Shown here: piece after piece, positions 16,731 to 25,751 of the stretch
How positions within the stretch are numbered: position 1 is the stretch's first letter
Layout of the letters: every line of letters begins with the position of its first letter
Virus record (IMG/VR): IMGVR_UViG_3300044300_000577
Coordinates: 1 to 27,832 of that record
DNA length: 27,832 bases
Direction: 5' to 3' (one strand)
Origin: a virus
Taxonomy: Duplodnaviria; Caudoviricetes
Made by a program: the position numbers and the translations under genes
The notes under the pieces: model-generated
Seen by the model: the letters and a program-made list of their open reading frames with translations, nothing else
The model's database searches: none
Told to the model about the DNA's origin: nothing

Positions 16731-18572
16731 TGTTTTGGCCGTAATTGTTTCTGTGTCTGAAATTGAAAATTCTTCTGTAACATTTCTTGCTGGTGAGGGA
16801 GCTGTACCACCACATATTGCACCACCTGCTGCACTTACTGTTCCAAAAGAACCGGCTTGTCCTCTAGCAGTAGCAATAGTAGGATAAGTAGCCCAAGCAC
16901 TTCCATCATATTTTTGTGAAGTATTAACATAAGCAGCGGGAGAATGAGTATAACCTCCAGCACCCATGGCAGCTGTTTGTGTGCCATAAACCATTAATTC
17001 TGATTTACCTGTAGGTAATGCTCCTCCAGATGTCCAATTAGTTCCGTCATATTCATAAACAGCAGTCACTGATCTATTAGCTGTTGGACTAGGTGATGTA
17101 ATTCCACCTACATATAATCCTGCAGTTAAAGTTCCGCATGCTCCTGCTCCTCCAGTTCCTGCTGGAATTCCGGTAACCGATGTCCAGTTAGTTCCATCGT
17201 ATTCTTCTACGGCTGTTGTTCTACTTGGTGGACCAGAATTTCCTCCTGCAGCCACACCGGCTGTCTGAGTTCCAAATCCATTTACTGCACCTCTAGCTGT
17301 GTTTAAATCATTTGTTTCTGACCATGAAGAACCATTATATTCTTCTCCAGCATTAATTGCGCTTCCTCCTGGATCATATCCTCCTGCACCAAATGCAGCT
17401 GTTTGAGTTCCTCCACCTGCTAAACTATGTCTTGTAGTATTCATACTATTAGGACTACTTGTCCAACTTGTACCATCATATTTTTCAGTAGCTCCTGTAA
17501 CAGGAGGTGTACCACCAAAAATAAGACCTGCTGATATTGGAGAAGCCCCTGCTCCTGCTGCAGCTGTTCTACCTGTATTTAAATTACCACCACTAGCCCA
17601 TGCCGCGGCTGTAATTGTAGCAATTCCAAAATTATATTCTTCTGTTGCAGTAAGAAATCCAGGACTAGTTCTCCCACCAAAACCTACTGCTGCTGTGCCA
17701 GTTCCTGCTCCTCCTATATGATATCTTCCTGTTGCTAAAGTTGCTGGAGAGGTTGACCAATTAGTACCATCCCAAGTTTCAGTAGCGGTTAGTCCTGTTC
17801 CTGGTGCGCTTGTTGATCCACCAAAAACAAGGCCTGCATCAGTTGTTCCGGTGCCACCTAATCCACCTCTTGCTGTGTTCATAGAATTAACCGCAGTCCA
17901 ATTAGTTCCGTCATATGATTCAACAGTAGCAATAGCAGGTGGTCCACTACCTGCAGCAATCGCTGCTGTTTGTATTCCAAAACCTGCAAAATAACGTCTA
18001 GCTGTGCCCATAGTATTACCTGCTGTCCAACTAGTTCCATTGTATTCTTCAGTTGCATCACTAATAGGTGGTGTGCCTCCAAAAGCTAAACCTGCGGTTT
18101 GTGTTCCGGCTCCTTGTAAAGCATATCGAGCGGTTCCCATACTATTTGGTGATGATGTCCAAGCACTTCCATTGTATTCTTCAGTTGCCCCTTGCACATG
18201 GGGAGCAGGAGGCGCAAATCCTCCAAAAGCTAAACCTGCTGGCACTGTTCCACATCCAGCTAAATAAGATCGTGATGTATTTAAATTACCACCAGATGCC
18301 CAACCAATTCCATCATATTGTTCAGTTACATTTGTATGAGAAGGTGTTCCACCACCTGCACCAAATGCTTCTGTTTGAGTTCCACCTGTAGCCATGTTTC
18401 CTCGAGCGGTAGTCATGGGATTTGAACTTCCCCATGCTGCACTTGATACAACTGCTTTAAGATTACCTGAAGTAGAGTTATACCACACCTGTCCCTCATA
18501 CGCTGAAGTCAGCGTAGGGTCAGCGTCTAATACCTCTACACGTTTTCCGTATATTTCGTCGTAAGTTGCCAT
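16716..18572 (-). CDS. Kelch-like double beta-propeller protein C (12 repeats), putative receptor-binding/tail appendage, 618 aa
   Basis: 12 repeats of GTxTA..xGG...E[EQKS]Y[ND]GxxW; N-terminal MATYDEIYGK...GQVWYN; central linker ITAAAWASGG. Confidence 0.75.
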   Translation of the reverse strand: MATYDEIYGKRVEVLDADPTLTSAYEGQVWYNSTSGNLKAVVSSAAWGSSNPMTTARGNMATGGTQTEAFGAGGGTPSHTNVTEQYDGIGWASGGNLNTSRSYLAGCGTVPAGLAFGGFAPPAPHVQGATEEYNGSAWTSSPNSMGTARYALQGAGTQTAGLAFGGTPPISDATEEYNGTSWTAGNTMGTARRYFAGFGIQTAAIAAGSGPPAIATVESYDGTNWTAVNSMNTARGGLGGTGTTDAGLVFGGSTSAPGTGLTATETWDGTNWSTSPATLATGRYHIGGAGTGTAAVGFGGRTSPGFLTATEEYNFGIATITAAAWASGGNLNTGRTAAAGAGASPISAGLIFGGTPPVTGATEKYDGTSWTSSPNSMNTTRHSLAGGGTQTAAFGAGGYDPGGSAINAGEEYNGSSWSETNDLNTARGAVNGFGTQTAGVAAGGNSGPPSRTTAVEEYDGTNWTSVTGIPAGTGGAGACGTLTAGLYVGGITSPSPTANRSVTAVYEYDGTNWTSGGALPTGKSELMVYGTQTAAMGAGGYTHSPAAYVNTSQKYDGSAWATYPTIATARGQAGSFGTVSAAGGAICGGTAPSPARNVTEEFSISDTETITAKTLTTS

Positions 18573-18583
18573 TTAGAATATCC

Positions 18584-18874
18584 TTATGGCAATATTACAT
18601 CTGCTGGTCTACCTGGTGATCTAGCTTTATCTTCGTCAGACATTGCATCCCACGTAGCTTGTGCCGCTTGAACTTCAGCGTCAATCAAAGCTTGTGCTTC
18701 TGCTTTTGTCTTTTCACGACCACCTTTTTCAGCCATCCACATAGCGCCATCGACGTTGTTACCAACCATCCAGACGTTTGCAGGATAACCTCTAAGGAAG
18801 AATTTTCTTCTATCTTCTGCAGTAAAAAATCCTTTGCCCGTGTTTTCAGCTACTCCATATATAAAGTGTGCCAT
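18584..18874 (-). CDS. Hypothetical protein within the propeller cluster (96 aa)
   Basis: Strong AAGGAGG RBS, ATG start, fills the space between two paralogs. Confidence 0.8.
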   Translation of the reverse strand: MAHFIYGVAENTGKGFFTAEDRRKFFLRGYPANVWMVGNNVDGAMWMAEKGGREKTKAEAQALIDAEVQAAQATWDAMSDEDKARSPGRPADVILP

Positions 18875-18912
18875 AGTTTAGTCCTCCTTTTTAATTTTGT
18901 ATATCATAATTT

Positions 18913-20745
18913 TTAACTTTGCGTAAGTGTTTTAACATTTGCAGACGTTGTTTCTCCAGTAAATTCTTCTGTTGCTGTTGTAGTACCACTTGGTGGTCCA
19001 CCTGAAACCATTAAACCTGCTGTTGCTATTCCATTACCATTTGTTGATCCTCTTCCAGTTCCAAGAGATGGTCTAGTTGACCAAGCAGTTCCATCATAAC
19101 CTTCCGTAACAGTTAAAGCGGGTCCACCACCAAAAACTATGTTTGAGTCTGATGTTGCCCCTGCTGAACCTGCTTGTGTTCCAGGTCTACTTGTACTTAA
19201 AGCACCACCTGCTGTCCAAGAAGAACCATTGTATTCAAAAGTTGTAGTTCCAGAAGGTGATCCACCTGTAATTAATGCTGATGTTTGAATTCCATTTCCA
19301 GCACCTACATATTTTGCTTCTGGTAATGCTCCACCAGCTGTCCAACCTTCTCCATCGTATTCTTCAGATGAAGTATAATTACCACCACCTGGATTTTCTC
19401 CACCTACTTTTAAAGCAGCGGTTTGAGTGCCACATCCCATTAAACCATAAGTTCCTACACTTAAATTAAGTGGATTATTACTCCATGCACTTCCATTCCA
19501 AGTTTGTACGTTAGTATTATAAGTTCCAGGAGGTTGTATTCCTCCAAATTGTAGTCCAGCTGCTTGTGTGCCTGCTACACCACCCATTCTAGCCGCTACA
19601 TTTAAAGAGGGACTAGATGTCCAATTAGTGCCATCATAGCTTGCCGCTGTACTTAGAGTTGTAGACACATAACCACCGGCGTTTATAGCCGCTGTCTGTG
19701 TTCCAAATGACATATTTTGTCTAGATGTATAAGGCACTGTTCCACCACTCGCCCATGCCGCAGCTGTAAATGCATTGCTTGAAACATTAAATTCTTCTGT
19801 TGTACTTATTGATGGGGGAGGAGCACTTCCTCCAAAAGCTACACCAGCAGTTGGTGAAGAGCTTCCAGGCGAACCTCCTGATCCAGCAGCAGTTCTTCCC
19901 ATAGCACCAGCTGTTGTCCATGATGTTCCATCCCATTTATGTGTAGTTGTTGTTGCGCTTGGTGTGTATCCACCAGCAACATATAAATCTGTTGTAGAAT
20001 TTCCTACTCTGTAAGCGTTAGCGGTAGTTGTTGGCATACTTGTTTTAGTTGTCCAAGAAGACCCATTATATTCTTCGACGTCAGCTTTATAAGGTGTTTC
20101 ACCTCCAGCTGCTAAAGCTGCTGTTTGTGTCCCCATTGCTGCTGCTGAATATCTTGCTGTGCTCATAGTTCCACCATTAGTCCAAGCTGATCCACCCCAT
20201 TCTTCTGATGCTCCAGTTGTAGGAGGTGTACCACCAACCATAAGTCCTGCAGTGCTAGTTCCCATAGAAGCGGCATTCATAAGTTGTCTCGGTGTATTTA
20301 AATTAGATGGAGAAGATAAACTTGTCCACACAGATCCATTGTATGATTCAGTTGCGGCAGTAGTTCCACCACCAGGAGAAGTGTTTCCTCCAGCAACAAT
20401 CGCTGCTGTTTGAGTTCCCAATCCCCCTAAACCAAATCTACCTGTGTTTAAATTTCCACTTGTAGCCCAACCAGAACCATTATATTCTTCTGTGTTATCT
20501 GATCTTGCAACACTAGGAGACTCAGTTCCACCAACATTTAAAGCCGCAGTTTGAGTTCCTGCACCTGTATTATCATATACAGATTGATTTAAATTTGAAG
20601 AACTTACCCATGCTGCAGATGATACTACAGTTTTAAAAGTGTCACTTGTTGTATTGTACCAAATTTGTCCTGCTGCATAATCATCACTTGGATCCGTGCT
20701 AAGTGATTTAATTGCTTTACCGTGTATTTCTCTATAAGTTGCCAT
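18913..20745 (-). CDS. Kelch-like double beta-propeller protein B (12 repeats), 610 aa
   Basis: Same architecture as its paralogs: MATYREIHGK...GQIWYN, linker FTAAAWASGG, C-terminus KTLTQS. Confidence 0.75.
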   Translation of the reverse strand: MATYREIHGKAIKSLSTDPSDDYAAGQIWYNTTSDTFKTVVSSAAWVSSSNLNQSVYDNTGAGTQTAALNVGGTESPSVARSDNTEEYNGSGWATSGNLNTGRFGLGGLGTQTAAIVAGGNTSPGGGTTAATESYNGSVWTSLSSPSNLNTPRQLMNAASMGTSTAGLMVGGTPPTTGASEEWGGSAWTNGGTMSTARYSAAAMGTQTAALAAGGETPYKADVEEYNGSSWTTKTSMPTTTANAYRVGNSTTDLYVAGGYTPSATTTTHKWDGTSWTTAGAMGRTAAGSGGSPGSSSPTAGVAFGGSAPPPSISTTEEFNVSSNAFTAAAWASGGTVPYTSRQNMSFGTQTAAINAGGYVSTTLSTAASYDGTNWTSSPSLNVAARMGGVAGTQAAGLQFGGIQPPGTYNTNVQTWNGSAWSNNPLNLSVGTYGLMGCGTQTAALKVGGENPGGGNYTSSEEYDGEGWTAGGALPEAKYVGAGNGIQTSALITGGSPSGTTTFEYNGSSWTAGGALSTSRPGTQAGSAGATSDSNIVFGGGPALTVTEGYDGTAWSTRPSLGTGRGSTNGNGIATAGLMVSGGPPSGTTTATEEFTGETTSANVKTLTQS

Positions 20746-20747
20746 AA

Positions 20748-22571
20748 TTAACTCGTTGTAAAATCTTGTATATTAGCTGCTGTTGATTCTGGTGTAAATT
20801 CTTCTGTTGCATTTGACCATGGTGGTACATTTCCACCTGCAGCTAAAGCTGCTGATGCTGTTCCTGCTCCTGCTAAAGCATGTCTTGCAGTTCCTAAACT
20901 TGGTCTTGTAGACCAAGACGTTCCATCATATCCTTCAGTTGCACCCGTGCTGCTTCCTGTGTTTCCTCCAATAGCAAAAACAGCGCTATTTCCTGGAGCG
21001 TTTGATGAACCAGAAGTAAAATACCTACCCGTTCCTAAATTTCCACCCGCAGTCCAATTAGTACCATCATACTCTTCAGTCGCTGTTGGAGTTGGACCTC
21101 CACCAAAATAAAGAGCTGATGTCTGAATTCCTCCAGCTCCTACATTTCGTCTTGTTGTGCCATTAGTATTTACGGCGCTCCAAGAAGACCCATTATATTC
21201 TTCGGCAAGGTTGCTTGCCGTACTTCTAGGATTTGCACCCATTGCAACTAAACCAGAAGTGGTTGTTCCTACTCCCATTAAATAAGTTCTTGCACTATTT
21301 AAAGACGGTGCTGATTCCCAAGAAGAACCATTATAATCTTCAACAGTTGTTGATCCAGTATCTGGAGGAGGTGTTCTTCCTCCAGCTGCTATTGCTGCTG
21401 TTTGTACTCCTAAAGTTGCAACGTTATATCTTGACGTTCCTAAATTATTTTGTTCAGACCAACTTGATCCGTTATATTCTTCTACGTTTGATGTAACTGA
21501 ACCATTATAACCAGCAACAACTATAGCTGCTGTTTGTAATCCGGCTCCAGTAACATACGCTCTAGCCGTTCCTAAATTTCCACCTGCTGCCCATGCTGCA
21601 GCTGTGATTGTGTTTGTAGATTTATTGTATTCTTCTGTTTGACCTGTTGTTCCACCCGAAGCATCACCAAAAATTATTCCAGCCGTTCCTGGAGAAGCAA
21701 CTCCTGAAGCAGCTTGTGCTGTTGGGTTTCCTAAATTAGCAGGAGAACTAGAAAAAGTTGATCCATCATAAGATTCTGTTTTGTTAGCTGCAGCGGGTTG
21801 TGGTTCACCACCACATACAATACCTACTGTTTGTGTTCCAAAACCTTGAAACACATATCTTGCTACATTTAAGTCTCCAGTTGAAGTCCAACTGCTTCCA
21901 TTATACTCATAAGCTTCAACTTCTGTTACCGTTGAATAACCACCAGCTCCTAAAGTTGCCGTTTGAGTTCCTAACAAAACTTCTTGTCTTATTGTTTTAG
22001 GCCATGCTCCACCTGCTGTCCAATTAGTTCCATCGTATTCTTCCGTTGAATCAATTTGTGTTCCTCCTGGATTTTGTCCACCAGTACATATAGCTGCTGT
22101 CTGTGTGCCACATCCAGCTGTATATCTTCTACCAGTGCTTAAAGCATTAGCTGATGTCCAAGCCGTACCATTATATTCGTCGGTTGATGTTTGGGCAGTT
22201 CCTGGTGCAGAGCCACCTCCTGCTGATAAAGCAGCAGTTTGAGTTCCAGCGCCCATTCCTGATCTTCTTGCTGCAGGTAAAGCGCCACCTACAAACCAAC
22301 CAGATCCATTATATTCTTCTGTTTGTGTAGCTGTTGTTGGATTAGGACCAGCGGTTCCTTGAAAAGATAATGCTGCAGTTTGATCTCCTGCCCCACAGTT
22401 ATAATAAATTGCAGTAATTAAAGGTGCCGCACTTGACCATGCTTCCGTAATTGCGGGCCCTCTTAAAGTTCCCGTAGCCGTGTTATACCACATTTCTCCA
22501 TCAGTACCTGACGAAGGATCTGATGATACTTTTTTAATTTTCTTTCCTACAATTTCTCTATAAGTTGACAC
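20748..22571 (-). CDS. Kelch-like double beta-propeller protein A (12 repeats), 607 aa, GTG start
   Basis: MSTYREIVGK...GEMWYN, linker ITAAAWAAGG, C-terminus DFTTS; AGGAG RBS. Confidence 0.75.
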   Translation of the reverse strand: MSTYREIVGKKIKKVSSDPSSGTDGEMWYNTATGTLRGPAITEAWSSAAPLITAIYYNCGAGDQTAALSFQGTAGPNPTTATQTEEYNGSGWFVGGALPAARRSGMGAGTQTAALSAGGGSAPGTAQTSTDEYNGTAWTSANALSTGRRYTAGCGTQTAAICTGGQNPGGTQIDSTEEYDGTNWTAGGAWPKTIRQEVLLGTQTATLGAGGYSTVTEVEAYEYNGSSWTSTGDLNVARYVFQGFGTQTVGIVCGGEPQPAAANKTESYDGSTFSSSPANLGNPTAQAASGVASPGTAGIIFGDASGGTTGQTEEYNKSTNTITAAAWAAGGNLGTARAYVTGAGLQTAAIVVAGYNGSVTSNVEEYNGSSWSEQNNLGTSRYNVATLGVQTAAIAAGGRTPPPDTGSTTVEDYNGSSWESAPSLNSARTYLMGVGTTTSGLVAMGANPRSTASNLAEEYNGSSWSAVNTNGTTRRNVGAGGIQTSALYFGGGPTPTATEEYDGTNWTAGGNLGTGRYFTSGSSNAPGNSAVFAIGGNTGSSTGATEGYDGTSWSTRPSLGTARHALAGAGTASAALAAGGNVPPWSNATEEFTPESTAANIQDFTTS

Positions 22572-22582
22572 TCCAACTCCTA

Positions 22583-23629
22583 TTAATTACTCTTCAGTAA
22601 CCAACCTTGAGTAGTATCTGTGTAGACTAAAGTATTAGCAGCTCTTTCTGTTGCAACAGTTAAATCTGCTGCTGCTCCATTAATATTTTTACCGTTTCTT
22701 GCAACGGTTAAATTATTAGTATCGAAAGTACCTGCATAATCAATAAACGAGATCTCATCTCCGATAGTTGGTGACCCTGGTAGAGTTAAAGTTATGGCTC
22801 CAGAAGTAGTATTCATAAAATACCCCGCTCCTGCTGCACCAGATACAGGAGAATCTCCTGTTACTTTTACAGCTTGCCATGATGTACCACCGGCATCTGC
22901 TTCAGCCCATGATAAAACTCCACCTGTTGTTGATTTTAAAACATAACCATTTCCTCCGGCTACGCCTGCTGGCCACGTTATAGTATAATCCGTGGTTCCG
23001 TTAGATGCTTTCATACCTACATATTCTGATCCTGAGTCGTCCTGTAGTCTTAGTTCTTTCGAAGTTCCAATGTTTAATCCAGTTGAAGAGTTCCAAATTA
23101 AATTTGCATCTCCACCAAATGATCCTGAATCATTAAATTGAATTTGTGTATCTGAACCACCTGGTAATCCACCAAGTGTTGCTTCTGCTAAATCTGGATT
23201 AGTTCCATCATTTTTTGTAGCATAAAGAATTTTCCATCCTTTATCAGTTGTTGCCCATGTAACAGAACTACCTGTTCCTGTAGCGTATTTAAAATTTACT
23301 GTGTAAGAACCAGTTGTACTATTTTTTACTAGGTACCAGTTTTCTACATCGTTTGGAATAGTTACAGTTTTATTTCCTGCAATTGTTTGAGGAGATTCTG
23401 CTCCTAAAATAATAACTCTATTACATGCAGTTCCAGTTAATGCACCATCATCTACATCTAAAGCTGTAGTAGTAACACCTGTTCCTGTAGCATTTAAAGT
23501 TTGAACAAGATAGCCACCAGCTATTTGTTCGAATAATTGTAGATTGGTGTTAGTTTTTGTTCCCCAAGTTCCGGCATTTTCGCCAGTTACCATTAGTTCA
23601 ACACCAAGTGCCGTATATGATGAAGCCAT
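22583..23629 (-). CDS. Tail fibre protein (348 aa)
   Basis: N-terminal anchor TGENAGTWGTKTNTN; fibre motifs PGGSDTQIQFNDSGSFGG and GYVLKSTTGGVLSW; C-terminal beta-domain LTLPGSPTIGDEISFIDYAGTFDTNNLTVARNG. Confidence 0.75.
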   Translation of the reverse strand: MASSYTALGVELMVTGENAGTWGTKTNTNLQLFEQIAGGYLVQTLNATGTGVTTTALDVDDGALTGTACNRVIILGAESPQTIAGNKTVTIPNDVENWYLVKNSTTGSYTVNFKYATGTGSSVTWATTDKGWKILYATKNDGTNPDLAEATLGGLPGGSDTQIQFNDSGSFGGDANLIWNSSTGLNIGTSKELRLQDDSGSEYVGMKASNGTTDYTITWPAGVAGGNGYVLKSTTGGVLSWAEADAGGTSWQAVKVTGDSPVSGAAGAGYFMNTTSGAITLTLPGSPTIGDEISFIDYAGTFDTNNLTVARNGKNINGAAADLTVATERAANTLVYTDTTQGWLLKSN

Positions 23630-23641
23630 AAATTTTTTCTC

Positions 23642-24532
23642 CTAAGCCGCGTGCGTTACATCTGTATACGATGTTTCGCCACTGACGTCAACATCGGAAT
23701 AACTTGCACTATTTGTTTTATTGACAGCACTATAACTTGTATTTCCAGTAATATCAACATCTCCATATCCTAAAGGTGCAACTTCTCCTACAGTAATAGT
23801 TGCTGAAACTCCAGTTAATCCCATTACATCTGAAGGGGTAATTGAGCCTACTGCAGAGGTTACAGACTGGCCTGACAATATGTACTCAACTTCAGTTATT
23901 ACTGAGCCTATACTTGAAGTTGCTCCAGCAGCAAGATCTTGAAGATCTACTACTTGAGTATCTGTTATAACTAAATCTGGACCTACACTAGCAGTTGCAG
24001 ATACACCACTAATTCCAACTACATCAGCAGGAGTAATTGACCCCACTGCGGTTGTTGCTACTAAAGTTGCTAAACCTTGAACATGATCAGCACCATCATT
24101 TAAACTTAATTGACCTTCCGAAGCAGTTGCTACTTGACCATCTGGTGTAATTGTAGGTGAAATAACAAAAGTAAGATTTGTTCCAACATTTGAAGTTGCA
24201 GAAACTCCAGTTAATCCTACAACATCTGCTGGTGTTATTGCTCCGACACTAGATGTTGCAGCAGCTGGCGCTATTAAATTCTCAATTCCTTCTTCAACGC
24301 TACCCCAACCGTTTTCACCCCAGTCAAGAGTACCCCAACCAGGTCTTACTTCTATTGTTGGTGCGCCAACTGAAGTTGTAGCTGATAATCCAGAAAGTGT
24401 GACAATAGGTGAATCGCCGTAAGCTTGTTTACCCCAACCAAGACGTCCCCATCCTTGTTGAATAGTAGTCGCTTGACCATAACCAGCCTGTCCCCAGGTT
24501 AGTCGGCCCCATCCTTCTGAAACGTCGGGCAC
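23642..24532 (-). CDS. Repetitive fibre-like virion protein with GWG repeats and G(V/L)SATxxVG repeats (296 aa, GTG start)
   Basis: Three GWGxxxWGxxx[YW]G units and about 8 LxG[VLQ]SATxxVGxIT-like units; AGGAGG RBS. Confidence 0.65.
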   Translation of the reverse strand: MPDVSEGWGRLTWGQAGYGQATTIQQGWGRLGWGKQAYGDSPIVTLSGLSATTSVGAPTIEVRPGWGTLDWGENGWGSVEEGIENLIAPAAATSSVGAITPADVVGLTGVSATSNVGTNLTFVISPTITPDGQVATASEGQLSLNDGADHVQGLATLVATTAVGSITPADVVGISGVSATASVGPDLVITDTQVVDLQDLAAGATSSIGSVITEVEYILSGQSVTSAVGSITPSDVMGLTGVSATITVGEVAPLGYGDVDITGNTSYSAVNKTNSASYSDVDVSGETSYTDVTHAA

Positions 24533-24542
24533 TGTGACCCTC

Positions 24543-24971
24543 CTATGCTATTCGAACGATGGCTGTAGTCGCTGCAGCGCCGGGAAATTGAATTGTAAAA
24601 GTTCCAGAAGAAACAGATTTGTCTCCTCCAAATGCAACAGAACAAACCGCTTTATTAGATGCATTAGAATTATAAATTAAACATGCATTAGCAGTAAATG
24701 TTGCAGACGTCCAAGAAATGTCTCCAAAGTCACAGACTGCTGTAGATGAATCTAACACTGGAGTTACACTTGTTAAATTTTTTCCACCAGCTGTATAACC
24801 AGTTCCAGTTACTTCTTCAGAAGTAGCATAAGCTGTTGTACCTGCTCCTAAAGTTGCGTCTGAATCAAATAAAGCTATTTTAAAAGTATTACCAGTCGAA
24901 GCTGTAAAATTGTGTGTCGCTACTAATATCTCTTGTTTGAAAGAGTTACAAATTGCTGATGTATTAGCCAT
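24543..24971 (-). CDS. Small tail/virion structural protein (142 aa)
   Basis: FKIALF...EVTGTGYTAGGKNL...CDFGDISWTSATFTA...SSGTFTIQFP, a pattern common in phage tail-associated beta-proteins. Confidence 0.65.
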   Translation of the reverse strand: MANTSAICNSFKQEILVATHNFTASTGNTFKIALFDSDATLGAGTTAYATSEEVTGTGYTAGGKNLTSVTPVLDSSTAVCDFGDISWTSATFTANACLIYNSNASNKAVCSVAFGGDKSVSSGTFTIQFPGAAATTAIVRIA

Positions 24972-24986
24972 AAAATTTTCTCCTCA

Positions 24987-25751
24987 TTATGGAGACGGTG
25001 AGTTAACTTTTATTCTAACTGTTCCGTCAGTATAATCGTCTCGTCTTCGTCTTCCAAGTTGCATTCCTGCGAACTGTTGTATAGCATTTTTATACTTTTG
25101 TTCGTATAAAGTCAACATATCCATTGGACCTTTTAAAAATCCAAAAGCTTCTACCAGGCAGGCATATAGTAGCCCTTGTGGAAAATAAGTACTTAAATAA
25201 GTGTTGTTATTATAACCAGTACCAGATCCAAGGCCATTTGGATATTTATTGTAATAGACCCTAAATTTGTAATTAGCATCAGGGGTTGGAGCAAAATACA
25301 TACCTCCAGATGAAGTATCTGTAGTATTGTCAGCACCCCCAAACATTGCATAATATTTTGGAAAACCTGTTACTGAATTAGTAGTGTCTGTAGGTGCCTG
25401 AATAGTTCCTTCAGGACCAAATTTTCTATCAACAAATTCTGACAAGTATGTTTGATCTTTTTTCTCTAACCAAGTTCCATTACCTTCTGTATTTGCTGTT
25501 GAATTAAATACTTCAATACCTCTTACAAAGAGACACCCTGCTGGTGCATTAAGAGTATTATCATTTGCAGCTAATGTACCTTCTTGAACAAATCTCTCAG
25601 AGTCCATAGGAAGCTCTTGATATATTCTCATTTCAGCACCCATTATAAAACCATCTAAAATAGTAGTTGTAAAAACATCAGAACTAACTTCAGTATAGTC
25701 CATGATGGCTTGTTTTAGTGTAGTGTAATCGTATTTTTTAACTCCTGACAT
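24987..25751 (-). CDS. Head-tail adaptor / connector-like protein (254 aa)
   Basis: Helix-beta-helix layout: YTTLKQAIMDYTE...AEMRI, PKYYA...FAPTPDANY, LLYACLVEAFGFLK. Confidence 0.65.
   Translation of the reverse strand: MSGVKKYDYTTLKQAIMDYTEVSSDVFTTTILDGFIMGAEMRIYQELPMDSERFVQEGTLAANDNTLNAPAGCLFVRGIEVFNSTANTEGNGTWLEKKDQTYLSEFVDRKFGPEGTIQAPTDTTNSVTGFPKYYAMFGGADNTTDTSSGGMYFAPTPDANYKFRVYYNKYPNGLGSGTGYNNNTYLSTYFPQGLLYACLVEAFGFLKGPMDMLTLYEQKYKNAIQQFAGMQLGRRRRDDYTDGTVRIKVNSPSP

Noticed and set aside
17879-18082. 67-aa alternative-frame minus-strand ORF inside propeller gene C
   Set aside because: Out-of-frame shadow with Leu/Val/Gln-rich composition typical of a shifted frame; no supporting motif.
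16716-22571. Diversity-generating retroelement or invertible tail-fibre cassette as the explanation for the three paralogs
   Set aside because: No reverse transcriptase, no template/variable repeat pair differing at adenines, no invertase or inverted repeats seen; all copies are co-oriented and intact.
16716-22571. CRISPR-like array suggested by recurring ccattatattcttc words
   Set aside because: The repeats are in-frame protein repeats (EEYNG) spaced about one blade apart and degenerate at third codon positions.
24490-24590. GC-rich stretch around the GTG start of the WG-repeat gene as a possible translational control structure
   Set aside because: I could not find a convincing stem by eye; it would need folding and covariation analysis.
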